The notes under the pieces are model-generated. The model ran no database searches, was not told the origin of the DNA, and saw only the letters and a program-made list of their open reading frames with translations. Positions 1 through 10,142 of a DNA stretch of 64,000 nt are shown here, one piece after another. Origin of the DNA: Spirochaetota bacterium (GTDB taxonomy: Bacteria; Spirochaetota; UBA4802; UBA5550); assembly GCA_963664815.2 (NCBI GenBank), contig CAXXHB010000003.1:2304001-2368000 (forward strand). Reading direction: 5' to 3'. Numbering within the stretch: position 1 is the first letter of the stretch; the number at the start of each line of letters is the position of its first letter. Position numbers and translations under genes: made by a program.

Positions 1-1
1 G

Positions 2-1573
2 GCAGAATTTCTGGAGCGGGCATCAAAAGGTAAAAAATTCTATTATGACAGAAAATCTTTCACATCGGGTAATATGTCGAGGCAGTTCTTTTTCCCGATC
101 AATATCGGGAATACCCGATGCAGCTGGTTTTTTGTAGTAGTTGTCCCTTTCTCCGAAATTACACTTTCTGCCGACAAATTAACGGTTTTGCTGGGATTTA
201 TTGGTACAATTGCAGCATTTCTCATAGTTCTCTCTATACTTCTTACGGCAGTTAAATTCTCACATCCTATAATAATGCTGACAGATATGGCCGAAAAAAT
301 AGCGGCAGGAGATCTTTCAGTCCGCGCAAACGTTACAGAACATGATGAAATCGGACGTCTTGCCCGCACTTTCAATACAATGACCGGACAACTTCAGCTT
401 TCACTTGAACAATATAACTCGGCTAACAGGAAACTGGAAAAAAAGAACGCCGACCTGGAGATTGCCGAGGAATCTCTTAAAATGCTCAACATGGATCTGG
501 AAAAGAAAGTGAGTGATAAAACCGCCGAACTGCTTATAGCTCTGGAAAACATGAAGGATACAAATTACGAGCTGGAACTTTCACTTGAAAATCTTAACAT
601 TGCCCAGGAGCAGATTATCGCTTCAGAAAAAATGGCAGTACTTGGCACGCTTGTGGCCAGTATTGCTCATGAACTCAACACCCCGCTCGGGGCAATCAGT
701 TCATCAGCCGGGTTTATCATTGAGGCAAATAACCAGATCTATTCAACAACTCCTGAATACATTTTTTCACTGGATGAAGAAAACCGTAAAATGCTGATGC
801 TTCTTATACATGAAGGCAGAGCTAAGGCTGCTAAACTTAATATATCAACTGATCGAACATTAAAAAAGAAACTCCTTGCAAGACTTATTTCTGAAGGAAT
901 CTCTCATCCCGACACCATAGTTGAAAATATTGAGACTCTTGATGCTTTTGAAAATGAGGAGCTGATCATTGATATACTCAATAATGGCAATGAAAAAATA
1001 ATTGAAATCGCTTCAAATGTAACTGCAGTCGAACGGGCTATCTCTATTATTAGCAACGCAGTTGAAAAAGCTTCCGGGACAGTAATGGCACTTGTTGACT
1101 ACTCTCGAAAAGAAGAATATGATGTTTCCGGAATAGTGGAACCAATAAAAGAAATTGAGACAATACTTGTTCTTTATTATAACAGGTTAAAACATGGGGT
1201 ATTAATAAATCGCAATTATAACTGCACCGACCCGGTCACCGGCTACAGAGACAGACTTAATCAGATATGGATAAATCTTATTAACAATGCATTGCAGGCC
1301 ATGGAATATAATGGCACACTCAGCATAACAACAGAACGGGATGGCAATTGGATCGCCATATCTTTTACAGACACAGGACCGGGAATTCCGGCAAATATAA
1401 AGAACAGAATATTCGAACCATTCTTCTCCACAAAAAACACAGGAGAGGGAACCGGACTAGGTCTTGATATATGCAAAAAGATTATAGATAAGCATGAAGG
1501 GAAAATAGAATTCAGAAGCATCCCCGGAGAAACAACTTTTACTGTACTTCTCAGGGCTGCAGACATCAGATAA
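2..1573 (+). CDS. Membrane sensor histidine kinase (TM-HAMP-coiled coil-HisKA-HATPase), 5' end outside window
   Basis: Frame is open back to the window edge. HAMP DEIGRLARTFNTM; H-box IAHELNTPL; N-box NLINNALQA; G boxes DTGPGIP and GTGLGL. Confidence 0.92.
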   Translation, partial: AEFLERASKGKKFYYDRKSFTSGNMSRQFFFPINIGNTRCSWFFVVVVPFSEITLSADKLTVLLGFIGTIAAFLIVLSILLTAVKFSHPIIMLTDMAEKIAAGDLSVRANVTEHDEIGRLARTFNTMTGQLQLSLEQYNSANRKLEKKNADLEIAEESLKMLNMDLEKKVSDKTAELLIALENMKDTNYELELSLENLNIAQEQIIASEKMAVLGTLVASIAHELNTPLGAISSSAGFIIEANNQIYSTTPEYIFSLDEENRKMLMLLIHEGRAKAAKLNISTDRTLKKKLLARLISEGISHPDTIVENIETLDAFENEELIIDILNNGNEKIIEIASNVTAVERAISIISNAVEKASGTVMALVDYSRKEEYDVSGIVEPIKEIETILVLYYNRLKHGVLINRNYNCTDPVTGYRDRLNQIWINLINNALQAMEYNGTLSITTERDGNWIAISFTDTGPGIPANIKNRIFEPFFSTKNTGEGTGLGLDICKKIIDKHEGKIEFRSIPGETTFTVLLRAADIR

Positions 1574-1586
1574 AAGGGGTAACAAA

Positions 1587-1988
1587 ATGGCAAACCAGGC
1601 AATTTTATGCGTAGACGATGAAATTATAATTGTAATGTCGCTTAGACAGGAGATTAAAAACTATTTCAAGGAACGATTTGTATATGAAACAGCTATAAAT
1701 GCCGAAGAGGGTTTAAAAATTGTGAACCAGCTCTGTTCCGAAGGAATAACCCTAATACTTATCATTTCGGACTGGCTGATGCCCGGGATGAAAGGCGATG
1801 AATTTCTTGAATACATACGAAATCATTACCCCGGTATAAAAACAATACTTATTACCGGGCATGCTCCCGATGATACTCTTAACAGGCTTAAAAATAATGG
1901 TATAACTGATGCAATATTGCTTAAACCCTGGAAAAAAATCGAACTGGTGAATATAATAAACACATGTATCAATGATATAACAGCCTGA
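1587..1988 (+). CDS. Stand-alone response regulator receiver (CheY-like)
   Basis: ILCVDDE, ISDWLMPGMKG (phospho-Asp), LITGH, KPW; lies 13 bp after the kinase. Confidence 0.92.
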   Translation: MANQAILCVDDEIIIVMSLRQEIKNYFKERFVYETAINAEEGLKIVNQLCSEGITLILIISDWLMPGMKGDEFLEYIRNHYPGIKTILITGHAPDDTLNRLKNNGITDAILLKPWKKIELVNIINTCINDITA

Positions 1989-2071
1989 TAATTTTTTTAC
2001 AGTATGTGCTTATAATAATTATTTATAAATTATGCTTAATAGACGCTCAAAACCAGTTCATCTTTTTAATA

Positions 2072-2126
2072 GTAAACGATAATATCTCCCAACCTCCCTT
2101 AGCAACATGGGAATATTATCGTTTAT
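2072..2126. terminator. Inverted repeat between convergent genes
   Basis: taaacgataatat-ctccc...ggga-atattatcgttta arms. Confidence 0.5.
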
Positions 2127-2162
2127 TTAAAATTAAATAGATACTAAGAAATTAACATTAAA

Positions 2163-3119
2163 TTACAACGTAGGAACACTACTTGCTCTTTCTTTCTTTT
2201 TTACCTCAGCAGCCTGCTTCTTTTCCTCTTCCTGCTTAATTTTATCAGCTTGTTCCTTTGCAATTCTGTCAGCTTCTGTCTGTTTATCTTTTTCATCCTG
2301 TTCCTTTAATAGTTTTGCCTGTTCTTCCTTTTTCTTCCGCTCATCAGTTTCTTTTACTTTATCTTTTGAATCTTCAGGAACAACCGGTGATTCAGGTTTA
2401 ATGATCTTCTCAATTTCTTTTTCAGAACCTGAATGTATCAGTGTCATGACTTCAGGAGCAACATCCTTGATTTCATTTTTTATCTCTTCTTTTATTGCAG
2501 GTTTTATTGCCTCTACCGGAATTTCACCTTTTATTGTAATCAGATTTTCAACTTCCTTATTTGACAGTTCAACAGCCTGGTTTTCTGTAACAAAAGTTTC
2601 TATGGTTTCAATAACCTTATCATCTTTTATTGGATTTATCTTAACCTTGCCCGAAAGGACATCCAGCCTCATGGATTTGCCTGTCGCGCTGACCCTGAAG
2701 GTTGTACCCCTGACCGACGCAACAGTTGTGGGAGTCTTGACTTTAAAATTTGTATTTTGCACAAGTTTTGATACCGAAATGAAAACCTTCCCTTTATCAA
2801 GATTAAGCTGTGTTTCACCTGTTACCTGTTCTTTAAGGATTACTGCCCGAACTACTGAATTCTCCTGTATTCTTATAAGCCCTCTTTCTCCATATATAAG
2901 GTCAATTATAGATTTTTTCCCTGTGGATACTATATCACCTTCATTGACAGCATCATTAATAGAAGCTGCTTTCTCACCTGTTGCGGATTTTATCTTTACA
3001 TCGCCTAACACAGACTGAACTTTTACATCAAAACTGATCTTTTCCTGCGGTTGCTGCGGCTTGGAGCAGAAACAGAATAATGCACAGAAAGATAATATCA
3101 ATATGCCTGCCTTTTTCAT
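2163..3119 (-). CDS. FecR-domain lipoprotein (LipL45-like) with charged C-terminal tail
   Basis: Signal peptide with lipobox-like FCFC-SK; FecR motifs GDIVSTG, TPTTVASVRGTTF, VLSGKV; Lys/Glu-rich tail. Confidence 0.75.
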   Translation of the reverse strand: MKKAGILILSFCALFCFCSKPQQPQEKISFDVKVQSVLGDVKIKSATGEKAASINDAVNEGDIVSTGKKSIIDLIYGERGLIRIQENSVVRAVILKEQVTGETQLNLDKGKVFISVSKLVQNTNFKVKTPTTVASVRGTTFRVSATGKSMRLDVLSGKVKINPIKDDKVIETIETFVTENQAVELSNKEVENLITIKGEIPVEAIKPAIKEEIKNEIKDVAPEVMTLIHSGSEKEIEKIIKPESPVVPEDSKDKVKETDERKKKEEQAKLLKEQDEKDKQTEADRIAKEQADKIKQEEEKKQAAEVKKKERASSVPTL

Positions 3120-3150
3120 TTAAAATCTCCTGAAAATAAATTTTATATTT

Positions 3151-3240
3151 AATAATAAAAATACTCTGTCTCCCCGCTGTCGATGACTGAGGGAGACAGT
3201 ATTATTCATTTTACACTAAAAATATATTAAGGAATTAACA
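3151..3240 (-). promoter_or_regulatory. 5' leader with terminator-like hairpin, homologous to the leader at 16808-17049
   Basis: Minus strand: ctgtctccc...gggagacag stem followed by agtatttttattatt. Shares an exact 17-mer (3222-3238 = 17033-17049) and a 12-mer with the other leader. Confidence 0.55.
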
Positions 3241-3311
3241 TTTGAAATAAGCTGAAAGATATTCATATAATAATCAAGCTATTTTCAATCCGGGCAGATT
3301 AAATATTTCTT

Positions 3312-5063
3312 CTATTTCATATCTCTTTTCACCGAAATAGTAAATGTACTGCCATTTGAATTTGAATCAGAATCAACTGTAATATCCCATTCAAGAACCA
3401 TTGCAGCATGTTTTACTATTGATAAACCAAGACCTGTTCCGCCTGTTGCTCTTGATCTGCTTTTCTCAACGCGGTAAAATCTTTCAAAAATTCTCTCTTT
3501 AAATTCAACCGGAATACCAACACCCGTATCTGAAATTTTAATTATCAGTCTGTTTCCGGAATCTGAACCGGTAACTGAAAGAGTTCCCTTTTCACAATTA
3601 TAATTTATACCATTATCAATGATATTAAAAAAGATTTCTTCAACAAGAAAAAAGTTTCCCAAAACAGTATAATCAATATCATTGCCAAGATTATTTATCA
3701 GGGTTATCTCTTTTTTCATTATTTTTGGGGATAATAGATCAATACATCTCTCAATAATATTTTTCAGGTTTATTTTTTCTCTAACAAATTCCCTGGTTGA
3801 TTCAATCATATTCAGTTTTATTATGTCCTGAATCAGCGCATTCTGTCTGTCAACGTTTTCAATCGCTCGTTCAATATAATTAATTGACACCTCTTTATTT
3901 TCATAATTTTCCTTTACTGTTTCAAGGTAACCTCTTACTATTGTGATCGGTGTTTTAAGTTCATGCGATACATTGCTTACAAGATCTGATTTAATCCTCT
4001 CTATTTTTCTTTTTTCAGATATGTCGTGAAGTACTATAAGTATTCCCTGTATTATTTTATCCGCCTTTATCGGATTGATAACCGCTTCAAAAAACCGATC
4101 ATTATTCAACTCTATATCAAAATTATCTTTCTCTCCGGTTTTCAGGCTTTTATTAATTCTGCTGTTAAGAGTGCTGTTTCTAATTATTTCAAAATACTGT
4201 CTGTCCTTTAACTCATCGGCTATTCCAAGCATTACAAGAAATGAATTGTTGTGTATTACTATATGTTTATCTGAATCAACCATCGCTATTCCATCGCTGA
4301 TGCTGTCAAGAGTAGCTTCCAGTTTTTTATGTTCAAGAATATGATCATCAATTGTTGCCACAATGGTATCAGCCATAATATTCAGCGCTTTCTGAAGCGA
4401 GCCTATTTCATCATTATGATAATTTAAAATTCTCCTTTTATAATTACCGGCAGCAAAGTCTGCGGCAAAACTGAGTGTCTCTTTAAACGGTTTTGTTATT
4501 TTAAGTGATATTATAACTATCATAACTACAGAAAATAATAAAGTAAAAACCGCAACATTTAAAATCAGCCTTCTCAGGGAAGTGAGACTTCGGTCAACTT
4601 CATGCAGAGGTTTGGCGAGCCTTACTATAAAAGAATCTCTAAAAATTGCGTAGTATAGCATATCCGTTTTAAGAGTACTGCTGTATCTTGTTGAAAAACC
4701 GGCGCCGGAATTCAGTGCATCAATTATCTCTTTCCTGTACTGATGATTTTCAAGATGTGAAAAATCCTTTACGTCCGAGTCGGCTATTACAGTACCATCG
4801 GTTTTAATAATAGTTATTCTTAATTTTATAATTTCTGCCAGTTCATTAACAGCACTGGAAAGAGATGCAGATGCCACAGGTTTAACTGACATTTTTTTCA
4901 ACTCATAATCAATCAATGCATCATATCTGGACATCTCCGATTTAATGATGTTGATATGGGTTGTTTTTAAAAAACTTCCAAGAAGCAGAAAAATAATTAA
5001 AACAAGAATTACAGTGAGAGTGAAATAAGCAATAATTAATTTATTACTGATTTTTTTCAGCAT
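3312..5063 (-). CDS. phoR: Phosphate regulon sensor kinase PhoR (TM-HAMP-PAS-HisKA-HATPase)
   Basis: ENHQYRKEI periplasmic motif, VSHELKTP, RIFERFYRVEKSRSRATGGTGLGL; context phoB/phoU/pstB. Confidence 0.9.
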   Translation of the reverse strand: MLKKISNKLIIAYFTLTVILVLIIFLLLGSFLKTTHINIIKSEMSRYDALIDYELKKMSVKPVASASLSSAVNELAEIIKLRITIIKTDGTVIADSDVKDFSHLENHQYRKEIIDALNSGAGFSTRYSSTLKTDMLYYAIFRDSFIVRLAKPLHEVDRSLTSLRRLILNVAVFTLLFSVVMIVIISLKITKPFKETLSFAADFAAGNYKRRILNYHNDEIGSLQKALNIMADTIVATIDDHILEHKKLEATLDSISDGIAMVDSDKHIVIHNNSFLVMLGIADELKDRQYFEIIRNSTLNSRINKSLKTGEKDNFDIELNNDRFFEAVINPIKADKIIQGILIVLHDISEKRKIERIKSDLVSNVSHELKTPITIVRGYLETVKENYENKEVSINYIERAIENVDRQNALIQDIIKLNMIESTREFVREKINLKNIIERCIDLLSPKIMKKEITLINNLGNDIDYTVLGNFFLVEEIFFNIIDNGINYNCEKGTLSVTGSDSGNRLIIKISDTGVGIPVEFKERIFERFYRVEKSRSRATGGTGLGLSIVKHAAMVLEWDITVDSDSNSNGSTFTISVKRDMK

Positions 5064-5064
5064 A

Positions 5065-5751
5065 CTATTCCTTGAATCCGTAGCCTACACCGGAAAATGT
5101 CGTTATTATATTTTTATAGTCTCCAAGTTTTTTTCTCAGATTCATTATATGCACATCGATAGTCCTGTCTACAACAAAAACATCATGGCCTCTTACGCTA
5201 TTTATAATATTATCCCTGGAAAATATTTTACCGGGATTTTCCATAAAAAGTGACAGTATGTTCAATTCTGTTTTAGTAAGTTTAATCTCTTCATTATCCA
5301 CCTTGAGTGAATACATATCCGGATTCAATTCCACTCCTTTATACTTCAGTATCACAGGTTTGTTAATATCCGGCACCTCTGATGATCTTCTCAGAACAGC
5401 TTTTATTCTTGACCGCAGTTCTTTTATACTGAAAGGTTTTGTAAGGTAATCGTCTCCTCCAAGTTCAAGCCCAAGAACCTTGTCAAATTCACCTGATTTT
5501 GCTGAAAGAAAAATTACCGGTATTGATCTTAATTTATCATTGGAACGTATGTCTCTGCAGAATTCAAATCCATCCTTTCCTTCCATCATTACGTCAAGAA
5601 TAATCAAATCCGGTCTTTCAGATACAAATCCCTTTTTAGCATCATCCGCTGAGGAAAAAGTGATAACCTGATACCCTTCACTCTCAAGATTTATTTTCAG
5701 GATTTCCCGTATATCCTTTTCGTCATCTATTACAAATATTGATTTTTTCAT
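5065..5751 (-). CDS. phoB: OmpR-family response regulator PhoB/PhoP
   Basis: Receiver plus winged helix (DRTIDVHIMNLRKKLG, GVGY); coupled to phoR. Confidence 0.88.
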   Translation of the reverse strand: MKKSIFVIDDEKDIREILKINLESEGYQVITFSSADDAKKGFVSERPDLIILDVMMEGKDGFEFCRDIRSNDKLRSIPVIFLSAKSGEFDKVLGLELGGDDYLTKPFSIKELRSRIKAVLRRSSEVPDINKPVILKYKGVELNPDMYSLKVDNEEIKLTKTELNILSLFMENPGKIFSRDNIINSVRGHDVFVVDRTIDVHIMNLRKKLGDYKNIITTFSGVGYGFKE

Positions 5752-5765
5752 AGTTCACTATCAGA

Positions 5766-6428
5766 TTATATCACCGGTTTCTGATGTCTGATATCCTCTC
5801 CCTGAATGTAGTAAACAGCCCTTTCGGCGATATTTTTTGCATGATCTCCGATGCGTTCAAGAGCCTTAGCCACTGTAATAAAGCTGAAGCCCTGTGACAG
5901 GTTTTTAGGGGATTCGCTCATGTATGTAAACAATTCCCTGTATATCTGTGTATTAAGTTCATCTATTTCTTTATCCATTAATATTATACTCTTTGCTTTT
6001 TCAACATTCTTTTCAGTCATTGAAATAAATGCAAGATTAATCATTCTGACAGCAATTTCGCTCATTCTTGGAATGTCTATAAGCGGCTTTAGAAGAGGAG
6101 CACCATTAATTTTTATTGTCTCTCGGGCAATATTTGCCGCAAGATCTGCAATCCTCTCAAGATCCGTATTGATTTTAAGCATAGCAAGAATGAACCTTAA
6201 ATCAGATGCTGCCGGCTGCCTTGTTACAAGAAATTTTATACACTCATCGTCAATTTCAATTTCCAGCCTGTTTATCATTAAATCATTTTTTATTATATTA
6301 TCTGCAAGATCAATATCAGAGTTTTTTAATGATAATACTGATGATGCAACGGCTTCCATTGCATAGTCAGCCATTTGAAACATCTTTATTTTAATCTGCT
6401 CAAGTTCCATTTCAAGATGAGTCTGCAT
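5766..6428 (-). CDS. phoU: Phosphate signalling protein PhoU
   Basis: QPAASDLR, DLERIADLAANIA, LERIGDHAKNIAE; start placed at the ATG after AAGGAG. Confidence 0.95.
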   Translation of the reverse strand: MQTHLEMELEQIKIKMFQMADYAMEAVASSVLSLKNSDIDLADNIIKNDLMINRLEIEIDDECIKFLVTRQPAASDLRFILAMLKINTDLERIADLAANIARETIKINGAPLLKPLIDIPRMSEIAVRMINLAFISMTEKNVEKAKSIILMDKEIDELNTQIYRELFTYMSESPKNLSQGFSFITVAKALERIGDHAKNIAERAVYYIQGEDIRHQKPVI

Positions 6429-6480
6429 TTTATTCTCCTTTGTCTTCATTTATATCAATAATTAAAATATCCTCGTTTTG

Positions 6481-6594
6481 TTATACTGGCATGCACAACA
6501 CATCACATTTCGCATTCCTGTCTCTTCTCCGGCTTAATTCTTCAGCATGCACACATCGCTGATTAACCTCAATTGTCAGTATAACTAATTTCAT
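6481..6594 (-). CDS. Putative 37-aa small protein MKLVILTIEVNQRCVHAEELSRRRDRNAKCDVLCMPV
   Basis: AAGGAG (6601-6606) 6 nt before the ATG; same strand as, and between, pstB and phoU; below the ORF-track cutoff. Confidence 0.45.
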   Translation of the reverse strand: MKLVILTIEVNQRCVHAEELSRRRDRNAKCDVLCMPV

Positions 6595-6640
6595 CTGATA
6601 CTCCTTCAAAATTCCGGCATCATTACTTCTTTATAATTTA

Positions 6641-7396
6641 TCAGCCGAATTTTCCAGTGATATAGTTCTCTGTCATAATTTTATCCGGCTTCGTAAATAT
6701 CACTTCTGTTTTATTAATTTCAATAAGCTCACCCATATAAAAAAAAGCCGTAAAATCACTTACACGTGCTGCCTGCTGCATGTTATGTGTAACAATTATG
6801 ATCGTATAATTCTTTTTCAGTTCCTGAATGAGCTCTTCAATTTTTTGTGTTGATATCGGATCAAGTGCTGATGCAGGTTCATCCATAAGTATAACCTCCG
6901 GATGTACAGCAATAGTTCTTGCGATACATAGCCTCTGCTGCTGACCGCCTGATAAACCCATAGCGGATTTGTTAAGCCTGTCTTTTACTTCATCCCACAG
7001 AGCTGTACTTTTTAAAGACTTTTCAACAGTACTTTCAATTTCATATTTATCTTTAATCCCGTTTATTTTAAGACCATAAGCAACATTATCAAAAATTGAT
7101 TTCGGAAACGGATTGGATTTCTGGAAAACCATCCCCACCCTTCTGCGCAAAGAGGTTACATCATATTTGTGACTGTAAATAGAATCATTATCTATAACGA
7201 TATCTCCAGTCATTCTGGTGCCAGGTATAATATCATTCATCCTGTTTATACATCTGAGAAATGTAGATTTGCCGCATCCTGATGGTCCTATCAGTGCAAG
7301 TACGGAATTTTCTCTTATACTAAGATTTATATCTCTTATCGCCTGATTATTTCCATAATAAAAAGAAACGTCTTTTACACTAATTTTGTAATTCAT
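6641..7396 (-). CDS. pstB: Phosphate ABC transporter ATPase PstB
   Basis: [39 protein letters not shown]-terminal YITGKFG. Confidence 0.97.
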   Translation of the reverse strand: MNYKISVKDVSFYYGNNQAIRDINLSIRENSVLALIGPSGCGKSTFLRCINRMNDIIPGTRMTGDIVIDNDSIYSHKYDVTSLRRRVGMVFQKSNPFPKSIFDNVAYGLKINGIKDKYEIESTVEKSLKSTALWDEVKDRLNKSAMGLSGGQQQRLCIARTIAVHPEVILMDEPASALDPISTQKIEELIQELKKNYTIIIVTHNMQQAARVSDFTAFFYMGELIEINKTEVIFTKPDKIMTENYITGKFG

Positions 7397-7502
7397 TTAA
7401 TAATTCCTTAATTATTCTTTCACCGACACCACCGTTTTTAACGGGAGTAATATGAATATTCAGTAATTTAATAAAATCTGCCCGGGTAAATAATTGATAA
7501 AT

Positions 7503-7527
7503 AAAATATAAAGATTTTGTTAAGATT
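7503..7527 (-). promoter_or_regulatory. Pho-box-like 11-bp direct repeat upstream of pstB
   Basis: Minus strand CTTAACAAAAT-CTTTATATTTT; 22/25 nt identical to 9935-9959 upstream of pit. Confidence 0.6.
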
Positions 7528-7586
7528 TATTTTTTTTAAATTTTAAGTGGGAGCGTCTGCAAGTATTTATTATAATTTTAATATTT

Positions 7587-7604
7587 CTTCATAAAAACTA
7601 AACA
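7587..7604 (+). promoter_or_regulatory. Pho-box-like repeat upstream of pstS
   Basis: CTTCATA-aaaa-CTAAACA, 11-bp period, resembling the other two boxes. Confidence 0.4.
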
Positions 7605-7649
7605 TGTTTATTTTAAGTTAATTCTAAAAATTTATATTGGAGTAAAAAA

Positions 7650-8483
7650 ATGAAACAGATTACCAAAGTATGTATCTATTTCGGATTAGCAGCAATAATT
7701 ACAACATCGTTATTATCAGGATGTTCAAGAGAAAGCGGCAGTAAGGTTGTAATAAAAGGTTCTACAACAGTACTGCCTATAACTCAGAAAACCGCTGAAG
7801 CATACAGAAAACTTAATAAGGTTTCAATTACAATTGAAGGAAGTGGTTCAGGTAATGGTATTAAAGCCCTTATAGATGGAACATGCGATATTGCCAACTC
7901 CTCAAGAGAGATGAAACCTGAAGAGATCAAAAGCGCTCAGGACAAAGGTAAAAAAATTAAGGAAATATCAATTGCTGTTGATATGATAGTACCTGTTGTA
8001 CATCCTTCAAATAATGTTAAAGAAATCACTATGGCTCAACTTAAAGCGATCTACGACGGCTCAATTACAAACTGGAAACAACTGGGTGGAAAAGATGAAA
8101 AAATTATTATTATATCCAGAGACACCAGCTCAGGTACCTATGAAATATGGAATGATAAAGTAATGAAAAAAACAGACATTAAAAAAGATGCTCTTCTTCA
8201 GGCTTCCAATGGAGCAATTATCTCAGCGGTTGCGGGAAATCCCAAAGCTATAGGATATGTCGGCTTCGGCTATATTGATTCATCAGTTAAACCGTTAAGT
8301 GTTGATAAAATTGTTGCTACAATTGATAATGGAAAATCAGGGAAATATCCCGTTTCAAGAAAATTGTACATGTATGTTGATGAGAAAAAGGTTTCTGCAG
8401 AAACACAGAAATATATTGATTATGTTTTAAGTGCAGATGGTCAGAAACTGGTAAAAGAGGCCGGTTTTATTCCGCTGAACTGA
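7650..8483 (+). CDS. pstS: Phosphate-binding lipoprotein PstS
   Basis: Lipobox LLSGC; GSTTVLP, GSGSGNG, SRDTSSGT, YPVSRKLYMY. Confidence 0.93.
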   Translation: MKQITKVCIYFGLAAIITTSLLSGCSRESGSKVVIKGSTTVLPITQKTAEAYRKLNKVSITIEGSGSGNGIKALIDGTCDIANSSREMKPEEIKSAQDKGKKIKEISIAVDMIVPVVHPSNNVKEITMAQLKAIYDGSITNWKQLGGKDEKIIIISRDTSSGTYEIWNDKVMKKTDIKKDALLQASNGAIISAVAGNPKAIGYVGFGYIDSSVKPLSVDKIVATIDNGKSGKYPVSRKLYMYVDEKKVSAETQKYIDYVLSADGQKLVKEAGFIPLN

Positions 8484-8506
8484 TAATTTTAATTTTTTGA
8501 TTCTTT

Positions 8507-8530
8507 AAAACTCCCTTCAGGGAGTTTTTT
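8507..8530 (+). terminator. Rho-independent terminator after pstS
   Basis: aaaactccct-tc-agggagtttttt. Confidence 0.8.
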
Positions 8531-8752
8531 ATTTATTCAGAAACCGGAGAATTATTCTTTTTAAGGAATTTACAGTGATTTAATGCTTCACAGGAAATTT
8601 ACTTTTCAGCTTTTAAAACAATAATAATCCCTAAGCATATATTTTAGTGCAAAATATATGCTGTTTTTTCAACCGCAAGAGATGGAAGAGATGGAAGAGG
8701 AAAAGCAGTTTTTCTGTTATAAAAATTCAGTAATGATTATTAATTTCAATAA

Positions 8753-9739
8753 TTAAAAAAATGTGCTGATATAGTAAGTAATCATTGCCATTACTCCGGC
8801 TGCCGGAATTGTAATAATCCAGGCCCAGACAATCCTGCCGGCAACACCCCATTTAACAGCGGATAAACGTCTGAGCGAACCTACCCCGACTATAGCACCG
8901 GTAATTGTATGAGTTGTACTTACCGGAATACCGAAAAATGAAGCTATATAAAGTGTTATTGCTCCGCCGGTTTCCGCGCAAAAACCGTCAACAGGACGAA
9001 GCTTTGTTATCTTGTTACCCATTGTTTTGACAATTCTCCAACCGCCGGATAATGTTCCAAGTGCGATAGCAGTATGACAACAGATTACAACCCAGAATGG
9101 CACATAAAACGTTGACCCGAGAAGCCCTGCACTGTAAAGAGTTATAGCTATTATCCCCATCGTTTTCTGGGCATCATTTCCTCCGTGTCCGAGACTATAT
9201 AAAGCAGCTGAAACCAGCTGACCTTTTCTGAAGTATTTATCAACATTCCGGGGTGTGCTTCTCTTAAAAACCCTGTATACAACAACTCCAATAGTCATTC
9301 CCAGAAACATCCCCAAAGTTGGTGAAATTATAATAAAAGCAATTGTTTTAAGAAGTCCTGCCTGGACTATTGAACCAGCTCCCGCCTTGACAACAGCAGA
9401 CCCCACAAGTCCCCCCATCAGCGCATGAGATGAACTTGACGGAATACCGTACCACCATGTAATCAGGTTCCATGAACAGGCACCAACAAGGGTTGCAAAT
9501 ATTACATGTGAATCAACTATATTTACATCTATTATTCCTTTTCCAATAGTACCTGCAACATGGAGCCCGAAGAACAGAAAAGCCACAAAGTTAAAAAAAG
9601 CAGCCCATAGTACTGCGAGATTTGGCGGCAGAACCCTTGTGGCAACTACAGTTGCCACTGAGTTAGCGGCATCATGGAAACCATTCAGAAAATCAAAGAA
9701 TAATGCAAGTGCAATGAGTAATACTACAGTGGTAGTCAT
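8753..9739 (-). CDS. PiT-family inorganic phosphate transporter
   Basis: NGFHDAANSVAT and HGGNDAQKTMG signatures; GIPVSTTH. Confidence 0.93.
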   Translation of the reverse strand: MTTTVVLLIALALFFDFLNGFHDAANSVATVVATRVLPPNLAVLWAAFFNFVAFLFFGLHVAGTIGKGIIDVNIVDSHVIFATLVGACSWNLITWWYGIPSSSSHALMGGLVGSAVVKAGAGSIVQAGLLKTIAFIIISPTLGMFLGMTIGVVVYRVFKRSTPRNVDKYFRKGQLVSAALYSLGHGGNDAQKTMGIIAITLYSAGLLGSTFYVPFWVVICCHTAIALGTLSGGWRIVKTMGNKITKLRPVDGFCAETGGAITLYIASFFGIPVSTTHTITGAIVGVGSLRRLSAVKWGVAGRIVWAWIITIPAAGVMAMITYYISTFF

Positions 9740-9934
9740 TATTTTACCTCAATATATACCAAGTGTCTTCGTACAAATTTCATAATGATACTTCTCAGCA
9801 AATTGTACCGCAGTAGAATAAATCTTATCCCGTTTCAATTTAAAACTTATTCTCTTTATAAAGAATTATCTATATTTTCATGATAATTTTATATTTATAG
9901 ATTTTAAATATTCTTTTACAAAAATAAAATAAAG

Positions 9935-9959
9935 AAAATATAAAGAAAATGTTAAGATT
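9935..9959 (-). promoter_or_regulatory. Pho-box-like 11-bp direct repeat upstream of pit
   Basis: Minus strand CTTAACATTTT-CTTTATATTTT followed by a third degenerate unit. Confidence 0.6.
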
Positions 9960-10142
9960 ATTCCATAGATATATTTTTTATATTCTGCTTATAAAAATAA
10001 TTTTATCTTTGCCGGGGAAGGTTCCTATAAATGATTAAGTGAACAATTTGTTTTTGCATTTATAGGACATACAGTAGTTATTCATGAAAAATTATCATTG
10101 ATACTATTGGATTCACTGTTTAAGAATATATACATCAACTTT

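Noticed and set aside
2401-3018. 205-aa plus-strand ORF, and similar antisense ORFs such as 5851-6366, 43717-44253, 44156-44719 and 60523-60981
   Set aside because: They are shadows of well-supported opposite-strand genes, with no motifs.
8676-8700. Short tandem repeat aagagatgga
   Set aside because: About 2.5 copies of 10 bp in a convergent intergenic region; no functional support.
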